Shown: piece by piece, positions 17,442-25,880 of the stretch
How the letters are laid out: each line of letters begins with the position of its first letter
Position numbering within the stretch: the stretch's first letter is position 1
Virus record (IMG/VR): IMGVR_UViG_3300045988_152398
From: a virus
Length of the DNA stretch: 57,578 bases
Strand: one strand, 5' to 3'
Translations under genes and position numbers: made by a program
Notes under the pieces: model-generated
The model's input: the letters and a program-made list of their open reading frames with translations, nothing else
The model's database searches: none
Told to the model about the DNA's origin: nothing

Positions 17442-18062
17442 ATGATTATTTACAAAGCAACAAATTTAATCAATGGAAAAGTCTATATAGGACAGACTGT
17501 GCGTTCTCTTGATGAAAGAATGAGAGAGCATTTAAGGCATAGTAAAACAGCTTTTGACAAAGCACTTAAAAAATATGGTATTTCAAATTTCCGTATAGAA
17601 ACAATAGATTGTGCTACATCTATTGATGAATTAAATGCAAAAGAAAAGTATTGGATTGATATATATAATGCGTTTGGCAAAAGCGGCTATAATATGTGTG
17701 AGGGTGGCGGTAATACTATAGGCTATCATCATACAGAAGAGGCTAAAAGAAAAATGAGTGTTGCTAAAAAACAAATGTATAAAGGTAATGAAAATCCGTT
17801 TTTTGGTAAAAAACATACACCTAAAAGCAAAGCAAAAATGAGCCAAACAAGAACAGGTAGAATAATAACTCCTGAATGGAAAGAACATATTTCGCAAGGC
17901 TCACAAAGCAAAAGAAAAGTACATAATATAGAAACAGACGAGATATTTAATTCCATAAGAGAAGCCGCAGACAAATACGGTGTTCCACCAACGCATATTA
18001 CAAGAGTGTGCAAAGGAAAAAGAAAAAGGACAGGTGGGTATCATTGGGAATATGTATCATAA
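17442..18062 (+). CDS. GIY-YIG homing endonuclease (free-standing)
   Basis: IIYKATNLINGKVYIGQT. NUMOD3-like GYHHTEEAKRKMS / GKKHTPKSKAKMS repeats. C-terminal HTH. Confidence 0.85.
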   Translation: MIIYKATNLINGKVYIGQTVRSLDERMREHLRHSKTAFDKALKKYGISNFRIETIDCATSIDELNAKEKYWIDIYNAFGKSGYNMCEGGGNTIGYHHTEEAKRKMSVAKKQMYKGNENPFFGKKHTPKSKAKMSQTRTGRIITPEWKEHISQGSQSKRKVHNIETDEIFNSIREAADKYGVPPTHITRVCKGKRKRTGGYHWEYVS

Positions 18063-18068
18063 AAACTA

Positions 18069-18094
18069 ACACGCCTTAATCGGCGTGTTTTTTA
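18069..18094 (+). terminator. intrinsic terminator
   Basis: ACACGCC-loop-GGCGTGT followed by T6. Confidence 0.8.
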
Positions 18095-18260
18095 GTAAAA
18101 AAGAGGTGTATTTGTATTTGCAATCATCAATGGCAAAAAATAAATGATGTGTGTATATGCGTGCGTTGTGGGCTGACAAAGACCTATGACGGACGCATTT
18201 TATTTGATAGAAAACTACCAAATTACAAAAGAAAAAAGAGAAAGAAAAGGCGGTGACGCA

Positions 18261-19766
18261 ATGAGTGCGAGAACAGAATTAGAATTATTGCCGAAATTTA
18301 CAGCGGAGCTTGAAGCAATCCGAGAAAACGGCATTACAACAGAATTGCTTTACAAAATCATTCAGAAACACCAACCAAACGCCCTATATAACCAAAGTTT
18401 GTATAACCGATATATGGCGATTAACGGAGGTGTGCCGATTTATACCCGAGAACCGAGATTTGAAGAAGAACACCCGATTAACAATAAGCTGAATAATGAC
18501 TTTTTTAGTGAAATTGTTGATTTTAAAACGGGATATTTTGCAGGACAGCCTATTTCTTATGGCTATTCAAAAAATCAAGAAGCAAAAGAAGTAACAGGCG
18601 GTGAAGAAGGTGTTGACCTTGCAACAAAAACCGTTACAGACTTTACCACACGAAACAATATGTACGGTGTGGATATGGAAAACACCAAATTAGCGGCTAT
18701 ATATGGCTATTCGGGCAGACTTTTTTACATTGACACAGACGGCGACGAAAGAGTAATGCCAATTCACGGCTATGAAACTATTATTTTGTCTGATACAAGC
18801 ATATCCGAGCCTGAATATGCGATTAGATACTACAAAACTACAGACATTAACAATGCTGAAATATGGATTGTTGAATTTTATGATAATCACGATATTTACA
18901 CATATAGAGGTACTTTGTTGTCGCTGACTTTAGTAAGCGTAAAGCCCCATATGTTCGACTATTGCCCGTTACAAGGCATTGCAAATAACAAAGAATGTTT
19001 AGGCGACGCAGAAAAGGTGCTGACTTTGATTGATGATTACGACAAGATTGTATCGGATAATTCAAACGAGCTTGAAGCCTTTGTGCACGCCTATATGATT
19101 TTTGAAAACTTGAATATTAATGATGAAACCATTGAAAAAGGTCAAAAATCAGGTTCATTTGTATTCAGGAGTACAGGAACACAGCAAGGCAAGGCTTATT
19201 TTCTTACAAAAAATATAAATGACAGCTTTACACAAGACCATTTAAGCAGGCTTGAAGATAATATTTACAGATTTTCAAAAACACCGAATTTAGGTGATGA
19301 AACTTTTGGCTCTGCAAGTGGAATAAGCCTTAAATTCAAATTACACGGCTTAGAGACTAAATGCGGTATGTATGAAGCTCAAATGATGAACGCCGCACAG
19401 TATATGTGGAAGTTATTAGCAAGTGCTTGGAGCAAGAAGAACATTACAGTTGACCCGCTACAAGTGACTATGGATTTTGTCCGCAATTTCCCGCTTGACA
19501 CAATGACCGAAGCACAAACGGTACAGGCTTTAATTAATGCAGGCGTACCAAAAGAAATTGCCTATACTCAATTATCATTTATTGATGATGTTGATTATGT
19601 AATGGAATTGATAGAAGAAGCCAAAAGTAATATGCCGCTGTATGCAAACTTTGACAAAAACAATGATGAAGAAGAAACAGACGGCGAAGAAAACGACGAC
19701 GAAAAGAAAGAGGGTGAAGAAGATGAAGTAAAAGACAAAGAAAAAGAAAAAGAAGAAGAAAAATAA
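18261..19766 (+). CDS. portal protein (SPP1 gp6-like)
   Basis: ~500 aa, directly after the terL/HEG region. Acidic C-terminal tail. ATG at 18261 follows AAAGGCGGTGA. Confidence 0.75.
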   Translation: MSARTELELLPKFTAELEAIRENGITTELLYKIIQKHQPNALYNQSLYNRYMAINGGVPIYTREPRFEEEHPINNKLNNDFFSEIVDFKTGYFAGQPISYGYSKNQEAKEVTGGEEGVDLATKTVTDFTTRNNMYGVDMENTKLAAIYGYSGRLFYIDTDGDERVMPIHGYETIILSDTSISEPEYAIRYYKTTDINNAEIWIVEFYDNHDIYTYRGTLLSLTLVSVKPHMFDYCPLQGIANNKECLGDAEKVLTLIDDYDKIVSDNSNELEAFVHAYMIFENLNINDETIEKGQKSGSFVFRSTGTQQGKAYFLTKNINDSFTQDHLSRLEDNIYRFSKTPNLGDETFGSASGISLKFKLHGLETKCGMYEAQMMNAAQYMWKLLASAWSKKNITVDPLQVTMDFVRNFPLDTMTEAQTVQALINAGVPKEIAYTQLSFIDDVDYVMELIEEAKSNMPLYANFDKNNDEEETDGEENDDEKKEGEEDEVKDKEKEKEEEK

Positions 19767-19789
19767 TCAATTTAGCAGGAGGTTTAGCT

Positions 19790-20584
19790 ATGGCAAGAAT
19801 TTATTTAAGCCCGTCAAATCAGTATGCAAATTCATACGCATACGGCAATACCACAGAAATGGAACAATGCAATAAAATTGCAGTTGCGGCAGAAACCGCC
19901 TTGAAGCGTTGCGGTTTTACCGTAAAGCGTGCCCCTAAAGGACAGAATATGTACACCTCAATCAATGAAAGTAACAATTTCAAGGCTGATGTACATATCT
20001 GTATTCACACAAATGCAGGCGGCGGCAAGGGTACAAATGTTTTCGTGTACAACAAATCCGCAGAAAATCTCAAATACGCACAGCCCGTTTACAACGAGCT
20101 TGTAAAGCTCACAGGTAACGGCAGAGGAATTTCAAAAAATGACCTTGCAGAAATCAATCAGACAAATGCAAAGTGCGTTTATTGTGAATGTGAGTTCCAC
20201 GACAACGCAACACTTGCAAAGTGGATTATCAAAAACACAACAAAAATCGGTGAAGCTATTGCAAAAGGTATGTGTACAGCTTTTGGAGTTACATATAAAT
20301 CTGCAAGTAGTTCATCTACAACAAAGCCGTCACAGACTACAAAAAAACCGACAACAAGGAAGCCCACCAAATCAACATTTAAGCCCTATCTTGTTACGAT
20401 TACTGCAAGTGACGGATTAAATATCCGTAAGGGTGCAGGCACAAATTACGCCGTGTGCGGTTTAATTCTCAAAGGTGGAGCGTACACCATAGTTGATGAA
20501 AAGTCGGGTACAGGTGCTAAAAAGTGGGGCAAGCTCAAGAGCGGTGCGGGTTGGATTGCTCTTGATTACACAAAGAAGATTTAA
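19790..20584 (+). CDS. N-acetylmuramoyl-L-alanine amidase (Amidase_3) with SH3-like wall-binding domain; endolysin
   Basis: IYLSPSNQ..., DVHICIHTNAGGG, CECEFHD. S/T/K/P linker. C-terminal LNIRKGAGTNY...GWIALDY. Confidence 0.8.
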   Translation: MARIYLSPSNQYANSYAYGNTTEMEQCNKIAVAAETALKRCGFTVKRAPKGQNMYTSINESNNFKADVHICIHTNAGGGKGTNVFVYNKSAENLKYAQPVYNELVKLTGNGRGISKNDLAEINQTNAKCVYCECEFHDNATLAKWIIKNTTKIGEAIAKGMCTAFGVTYKSASSSSTTKPSQTTKKPTTRKPTKSTFKPYLVTITASDGLNIRKGAGTNYAVCGLILKGGAYTIVDEKSGTGAKKWGKLKSGAGWIALDYTKKI

Positions 20585-20609
20585 AACTTATTAAAGGTGG
20601 TGAAATACT

Positions 20610-22196
20610 ATGCCAACAAGCGAAACAAGTTTAGCAGAGTTATTGCACGAAGTAAGGCGTATTGAGGAACACAGAACCATATTAACAGATAAGAAGATTG
20701 AAAAAATCTATCAGCAGTTAATGAAAGAATTAAACGCTTTTTTATCTGATTATTATATAAAATACGCAGATGATGAGGGCAAATTAACAGGGGCTATGCT
20801 TGAAGCACAAGGACAGAAAGCAAAGTTTTTAGAGGAATGTGTAAAGAATGTTGATAGTATTTCACCATTGGTAAAGAAAGAAATAACTAAACTTGTTGAA
20901 GAAACATACGCCGCTTGTTATTCAGGTATGGCAAAAGCCGTTAAAAAGGCGAAAACAACCGAAGAAATAGCCGAATATACAAAGGGAATGTCAGTAAGAC
21001 CCGAAGTAATGAAACGGGCGGTTAATAACAACATAAGCAAATTAACCTTGCCACCTATTTTAGAAAAAAACAGGCAGGAAGTTATATACGATATTCAGCA
21101 AACTTTGAATGTTGGGCTTGTAAACGGCGACAGATACGAAACAATGTCAAAGCGTATATCCGAAAGGCTCAATGTAAGCCGAACCAAAGCTAACAACATA
21201 GTACGAACCGAAAGCCACAGAAATGTTGAAAGCGGCTTTATGGATAGTGCTAAAAACATACAAGAGAGTTTTGACGGTAGCGATTTAGTCTATACGGCGA
21301 CTTGGCGAACAATGAAAGATAAGCGTGTAAGACCGCAACAACGCCGAAAAAGTGGCGGTAAGTGGAAAACAACATTAAGCAAGAACGGTGCAAACCATAT
21401 AAAAATGGAGGGCGTGACCGTTAAGGTAGGCGATAAGTTTAAACTTGAAACAGGTGTTACAACAGAAAGCCCGTCAAACAGCGGTTATGCAAGACACGAT
21501 TGTAATTGTAGGTGTTTTCTTGAATATGATTTAATGACTATTGAGGAATTTGAAAAGGCAACGGGCAAACCCGTTAATGTCGCAAGTCTGCACAAATCAG
21601 TAAGGCAGGCAATGAATGAGAACGGCATAGCGGATTGTGGGCTTGAACGCACTACAGATAGTGAGCGTTTTGCAAGTGCTATTGATAATGCGAAAAAAGC
21701 AAATAAAAACGGCGGTAGCGTTGATACACACCCTACAGAGGAATTAAGAACATTTAAAACCTTTGTTGCTAAAAATGATATGGCAGGCGTGGCGGTCAAG
21801 GCTGACGGCGATATAACAGCCGTATTCAAAAATAGCAATTACAAGCAAAGGGGCGTTGTGAACGACCTGATTATAACAGCAAGGGAAAACGGCGGTACAA
21901 AAATGGATTGTTACGGTCAATTCCTTGCTAATGCTTACGAACAATGCGGCTATATTCCTGTTGCAAGAGTACCGTTTAATGCTGATTATGTGTCAGACCC
22001 GTTATTACTCAAAACAAAGCCTGATGTTTATGTGCTAATGAAAAACACGGATAGCATTGATACCGTCATTAAAAAGAACGGTGCAAAAGCCTATAAGCTA
22101 TCATCACAAGAGCAGTTAGACAAGCTACCAACATTTGAGTATGACGACGCTTTAAATTACCGTGATAAATTATTGCGATTACAAGAGAATAAGTAA
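20610..22196 (+). CDS. MuF/SPP1-gp7 head-morphogenesis protein with extra ~220-aa C-terminal domain
   Basis: MuF core NIVRTESHRNV...HDCNCRCFLEY ends near aa 305. Residues ~310-528 are additional. Confidence 0.8.
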   Translation: MPTSETSLAELLHEVRRIEEHRTILTDKKIEKIYQQLMKELNAFLSDYYIKYADDEGKLTGAMLEAQGQKAKFLEECVKNVDSISPLVKKEITKLVEETYAACYSGMAKAVKKAKTTEEIAEYTKGMSVRPEVMKRAVNNNISKLTLPPILEKNRQEVIYDIQQTLNVGLVNGDRYETMSKRISERLNVSRTKANNIVRTESHRNVESGFMDSAKNIQESFDGSDLVYTATWRTMKDKRVRPQQRRKSGGKWKTTLSKNGANHIKMEGVTVKVGDKFKLETGVTTESPSNSGYARHDCNCRCFLEYDLMTIEEFEKATGKPVNVASLHKSVRQAMNENGIADCGLERTTDSERFASAIDNAKKANKNGGSVDTHPTEELRTFKTFVAKNDMAGVAVKADGDITAVFKNSNYKQRGVVNDLIITARENGGTKMDCYGQFLANAYEQCGYIPVARVPFNADYVSDPLLLKTKPDVYVLMKNTDSIDTVIKKNGAKAYKLSSQEQLDKLPTFEYDDALNYRDKLLRLQENK

Positions 22197-22217
22197 TTAC
22201 AAGAGAATAAATAGCAA

Positions 22218-22251
22218 AGAAAAAGGCGGGCTATATGCCCGCCTTTCTTTT
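22218..22251. terminator. bidirectional intrinsic terminator
   Basis: A-run, AGGCGGGC-TATAT-GCCCGCCT, T-run. Confidence 0.8.
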
Positions 22252-22468
22252 ATTCTAATGCGTCTGCTATTTCTTCAAGATTATCAATCAATGTTCTTAA
22301 TTTGCTGATTTCTTCTGTAATTTCTTCATTGTTTTTTGCGTATTTCTTCAAAGTCAACATTTTTGTACGGTATTTGTTTTCGTAAAATACACAACTTTGA
22401 TAAATGACATCTTTTGCAAGTGCGTCACCTAATTTATCTCTCATTAATTTGATTAAAGCGTTTGTCAT
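22250..22468 (-). CDS. hypothetical helical small protein (72 aa)
   Basis: ORF track. Second gene of the antisense cassette. Confidence 0.6.
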   Translation of the reverse strand: MTNALIKLMRDKLGDALAKDVIYQSCVFYENKYRTKMLTLKKYAKNNEEITEEISKLRTLIDNLEEIADALE

Positions 22469-22470
22469 AG

Positions 22471-22809
22471 TTAATTACCTCTTTCTTTTTTGTGTCTTTG
22501 TTCATTCAATTCTTCAAAATATCGTTTTCTTTCGGGTGATAATTCTTTTTTGAAATGTTGTTTTGTTAATTCTTTAGCTTTTTTAAGTGCCGTTTCGTTT
22601 CGTGCGAAATATTCTAACCGCCGAAAATCTTTTCGATTGCAATAGATTTTCATTGTATCGTCATAAATTTTCACCGTGTACCAATGGTTATTATAGGTGA
22701 TGTTAAGATTTTCTTTAATAAGTCTTAAAGCGGTTTTATTTCTGAAACTGTAATGCCCTTTGTCGTCGGCATAACAATTTTCAATGACTTTTATAATTTT
22801 GTCTTTCAT
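22471..22809 (-). CDS. hypothetical protein (112 aa)
   Basis: ORF track. Preceded by a long-form promoter-leader cassette. Confidence 0.6.
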   Translation of the reverse strand: MKDKIIKVIENCYADDKGHYSFRNKTALRLIKENLNITYNNHWYTVKIYDDTMKIYCNRKDFRRLEYFARNETALKKAKELTKQHFKKELSPERKRYFEELNEQRHKKERGN

Positions 22810-22876
22810 TATTTTTACCTCTTTCTTTCTGCAATCTTTCAGGTGTTGCCTACCTCTTTATTACACCTATATTATA
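22810..22876 (-). promoter_or_regulatory. promoter-leader cassette, copy c (long form)
   Basis: Minus-strand read: ATTGTAGTATAATATAGGTGTAATAAAGAGGTAGGCAACACCTGAAAGATTGCAGAAAGAAAGAGGTAAAAATAATG. Confidence 0.6.
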
Positions 22877-22970
22877 CTACAATAGCGTTATAAAGTATAT
22901 TCGCAATATTACCAAAGTTTGACACTTGTTTTTGTGTATTATGTCAATATACAGAAAAAGTTGAAAATGC

Positions 22971-22994
22971 TATAATAATATAGAGGTGAAGTTT
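22971..22994 (+). promoter_or_regulatory. promoter-leader cassette, copy e (short)
   Basis: GCTATAATAATATAGAGGTGAAGTTTATG. Confidence 0.45.
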
Positions 22995-23195
22995 ATGCAA
23001 AACGCTAATGAAATCATCGCCAAACTAAAAAAGAAGTATAAAGATAAAGGCGACAATGAAGCTATTGATATGATTGAACAAGCCGAGAGGGATATTCGTT
23101 ATATTGAAGCAAAAGAAAAAAAAGGCAATTATTCAGGGCAACCGTCCATTAGTAAAGCTATGGAACTTGAAGCCTATCTGAATGATTGGTATTAA
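22995..23195 (+). CDS. hypothetical small protein (66 aa)
   Basis: ATG at 22995, 6 nt after GAGGTG. Confidence 0.55.
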   Translation: MQNANEIIAKLKKKYKDKGDNEAIDMIEQAERDIRYIEAKEKKGNYSGQPSISKAMELEAYLNDWY

Positions 23196-23236
23196 TTTGA
23201 TTATAAGTTTTTTTACTTTTTACTCCTTTCAGAATG

Positions 23237-23268
23237 GGCGGTATATTTAGCAAAGTGGATATACCGCC
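23237..23268 (+). other. 10-bp perfect hairpin upstream of the tRNA
   Basis: GGCGGTATAT-12 nt-ATATACCGCC. Confidence 0.5.
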
Positions 23269-23274
23269 AAACAC

Positions 23275-23348
23275 AGGCAATTAGCATAAAGGTAATGCGG
23301 CGGGCTTTGAACCCGCACAAAGAGGGTCAGTACCTCTATTGCCTGCCA
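23275..23348 (+). tRNA. tRNA-Gln (anticodon UUG), CCA encoded
   Basis: Hand-folded cloverleaf. Acceptor AGGCAAT/ATTGCCT, U8. D arm GCAT-AAAGGTA-ATGC. Anticodon arm GCGGG-CUUUGAA-CCCGC. 4-nt variable loop. T arm AGAGG-GTCAGTA-CCTCT. G73 followed by CCA. Confidence 0.8.
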
Positions 23349-23420
23349 CAACCCGTAGCAAAGCTCACTTCCGCATTTGGAAACTGACAAAAAACTATGG
23401 GCAAAAAAATTAGAATATAA

Positions 23421-23456
23421 AAAAGAGCATTTCTATATGGAGTGCTCTTTTTTTAT
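23421..23456 (+). terminator. intrinsic terminator after the tRNA
   Basis: AAGAGCA-loop-TGCTCTT followed by T7. Confidence 0.75.
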
Positions 23457-23517
23457 ATACAAAAATAGCTTCTATACGGAGCAAAAACACTATTCTATAC
23501 GGATATGGAGGAAAACA

Positions 23518-24204
23518 ATGACACTTGAAAAGTTAAAGCAGTTATTAGAACAAAAACTGATAACACAAGAAGAATTTGACGAAATGTCAAAGAATGTAAC
23601 AGAGCCACCAAAGCCCGAACCCGACCCGACAGAGCCGCCAAAACCTGACAGCGACCCTGAACCGCCGTTTGATATTGAGAAAATTGACAAGATTGTACAG
23701 TCAAGACTTGATAAGGCAATGGCAGAGGAACGCAAGAAGAATGTTGACTTAAAGCGACAGCTTGACAGATTGCAGAAAGCAAAGCTCACAGACGACGAAC
23801 TCAAACAGATTGAGATTGACGAAAAGGAAAAGGCGATTGCAGAGCGTGAAAAGGCAATTACAGATAAAGAAAACAGACTTTATGCTGTAAAGGCAATTAA
23901 GGAAGCAGGGCTTGACGACGGTAGCGAAGTTTCATTATCACTTATTGATTTTGTTATGGGCGAAGATGAAACAGAAATCAATACAAAAGTAAAGGCTTTT
24001 AAAGAACTGTTTGACAAGGCGGTAACAGCAGAAGTCAATAAGCGTTTTAAAGAGAATGGATATAACCCGAAAGCAGGCACAAACCTTAATAACGGCGTTA
24101 ATCCATATACAAAAGAGCAATTCAATCTCACAGAGCAGATGAAGATTGAAAGCACTAATCCCGAACTTGCGGCACAGTTGAAAGCGGCGGCAGGGGTTAA
24201 GTGA
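23518..24204 (+). CDS. scaffolding protein
   Basis: ATG at 23518 after GGAGGAAAA. Pro/Glu-rich N-terminus, then coiled coil. Directly upstream of the capsid gene. Confidence 0.7.
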   Translation: MTLEKLKQLLEQKLITQEEFDEMSKNVTEPPKPEPDPTEPPKPDSDPEPPFDIEKIDKIVQSRLDKAMAEERKKNVDLKRQLDRLQKAKLTDDELKQIEIDEKEKAIAEREKAITDKENRLYAVKAIKEAGLDDGSEVSLSLIDFVMGEDETEINTKVKAFKELFDKAVTAEVNKRFKENGYNPKAGTNLNNGVNPYTKEQFNLTEQMKIESTNPELAAQLKAAAGVK

Positions 24205-24536
24205 TGAAAGTTAATGTATTAGGAACTGAATACGAAATCGTACAAGCAAATGAGCAAGATTATCCCTATCTTGAACAGGCTGACGGTTTTTGTGATACAT
24301 CAATAAAGAAAATCGTTGTACGGGATTGTAAAGATAAAGAAAATGACCCGTCCTCTCTTGGCGACTTGGAATATTACAAGAAAAAAGTTATAAGGCACGA
24401 ACTTATACACGCTTTTTTATACGAAAGCGGATTGTCTGTAAATTCCGATTGGGCGGCAAGTGAAGAAATGACAGATTTTTTTGCTATTCAGTTTCCAAAA
24501 ATTCAAAAGGCTTATCAAGAGCTAAAAATTATTTAA
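24204..24536 (+). CDS. small HExxH zincin-like protein (110 aa)
   Basis: VIRHELIHAFLYESG. TGATG overlap with the scaffold gene stop. Confidence 0.6.
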   Translation: MKVNVLGTEYEIVQANEQDYPYLEQADGFCDTSIKKIVVRDCKDKENDPSSLGDLEYYKKKVIRHELIHAFLYESGLSVNSDWAASEEMTDFFAIQFPKIQKAYQELKII

Positions 24537-24554
24537 TTAGGAGGAAACATAACT

Positions 24555-25676
24555 ATGGCAGTTACAACAATTGCAAATATGCAGATTGTTCCTGAAAAGT
24601 TTAGTCAATATGTCATTGACAGAACTACAGAACTCAACACATTTGTAAATTCGGGTATTGCTACACCCGACGCAACAGTAGCACAGCTTATTAACGGCAC
24701 ACCCGAAGGTGGCAGATTTATTCAGCTCCCTATGTGGAATCCCCTTGACGGTGAAGAAGATGTGTTCGGTGAAGCTGATGTATCAGTTGGTAACATCACA
24801 ACAAAGGAAGCAAGAGCAACCCTTTTAATGCGTCAAAGAGCTTGGGGCAGTACAGACCTTGCACAAGTGCTTGGCGGTGCAGACCCTATGGGTGCAATTG
24901 CACAGCTTATTGCTGATTGGAGGAACACAAGAGAACAGAAGATTTATCTTTCTATCCTCAAAGCACTTTTTGACAGCACAAACGGTGCACTTAAAGACCA
25001 CCTCAACGATATTTCAGGCGGTTCAGATACAGCCGCTTATATTTCGGACGGTGCAACACTTGATACAAAACAGGTACTCGGCGACCATTACGGCTCTCTC
25101 GGTATGGTGTTTATGCACTCGGCTGTTTACACATACTTACAAAAGAACGGAATGATTACAAGAAACCCGATTTTTGACCCGTCACAGTCAAGCGTTGAAA
25201 TGGAGCGTTATCTTGGTTATACAATCAGAGTTGACGACGGTATGCCGTGGATTGGCTATACAAAGGGTACATCTTCAAGCACGGGTGCGATTGCAATTAC
25301 TGATGATAACATCAAATTCATTCAGGCACATTGTACTTCAACACTTGCAAAGGGTGATTATGTAACAAAGGACGCAAGCCCTGTATATGATACATACTTT
25401 GTTGGTGCAGGTGCATTTATCCGTCAGGACGGCACACCACAGGGCTTTATCGGTACTGAAACAGACCGTGACAAAATCGGTGCAAAGAACTATCTTATTA
25501 ACCGTTGGTGTCAGATTATTCACCCTCGTGGACTTTCTTGGGTAAATGACGGCACATACACAAACACAGCAAATAAATATCCTGCAAATGTTGACCTTGC
25601 AACCGCTACAAACTGGAAGCTCGTAGTTGACCATAAGAAAGTGCCGCTTGCTTGCTTGAAGCACAAGATTGGCTAA
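24555..25676 (+). CDS. major capsid protein
   Basis: 373 aa, follows the scaffold gene. AGGAGG RBS. Confidence 0.8.
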   Translation: MAVTTIANMQIVPEKFSQYVIDRTTELNTFVNSGIATPDATVAQLINGTPEGGRFIQLPMWNPLDGEEDVFGEADVSVGNITTKEARATLLMRQRAWGSTDLAQVLGGADPMGAIAQLIADWRNTREQKIYLSILKALFDSTNGALKDHLNDISGGSDTAAYISDGATLDTKQVLGDHYGSLGMVFMHSAVYTYLQKNGMITRNPIFDPSQSSVEMERYLGYTIRVDDGMPWIGYTKGTSSSTGAIAITDDNIKFIQAHCTSTLAKGDYVTKDASPVYDTYFVGAGAFIRQDGTPQGFIGTETDRDKIGAKNYLINRWCQIIHPRGLSWVNDGTYTNTANKYPANVDLATATNWKLVVDHKKVPLACLKHKIG

Positions 25677-25715
25677 AGATTGTCTAATTATTAGACGGTT
25701 AAAGGAGGGGTGTAA

Positions 25716-25880
25716 ATGTCTTGCAGTTTTTGGAATATGCGTCGTAGATTGCGTAAGCAGTTAAACGAAAAAGCAAAAGATGAAGAAAAGGTAACTACCG
25801 ATATTGCAACAGCACAAAAAGAAGTTAAGCGGGCACGAAAGCCTACAGCAAAAAGGGCGGTGAATAAGAATGACAAGTGA
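25716..25880 (+). CDS. 54-aa basic protein
   Basis: Own translation MSCSFWNMRRRLRKQLNEKAKDEE.... AAAGGAGGGG RBS. Confidence 0.5.
   Translation: MSCSFWNMRRRLRKQLNEKAKDEEKVTTDIATAQKEVKRARKPTAKRAVNKNDK

Noticed and set aside
23275-23348. The phage tRNA as a suppressor signalling stop-codon reassignment.
   Set aside because: The anticodon is UUG (a normal Gln codon reader). Long ORFs are uninterrupted under the standard bacterial code. The single in-frame TGA at 1294 is accompanied by a frame change, so read-through would not rescue it.
23377-23517. N-terminal 47-codon extension of the scaffold ORF in the track.
   Set aside because: The extension runs through an intrinsic terminator (23421-23456). 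The ATG at 23518 has a GGAGG RBS.
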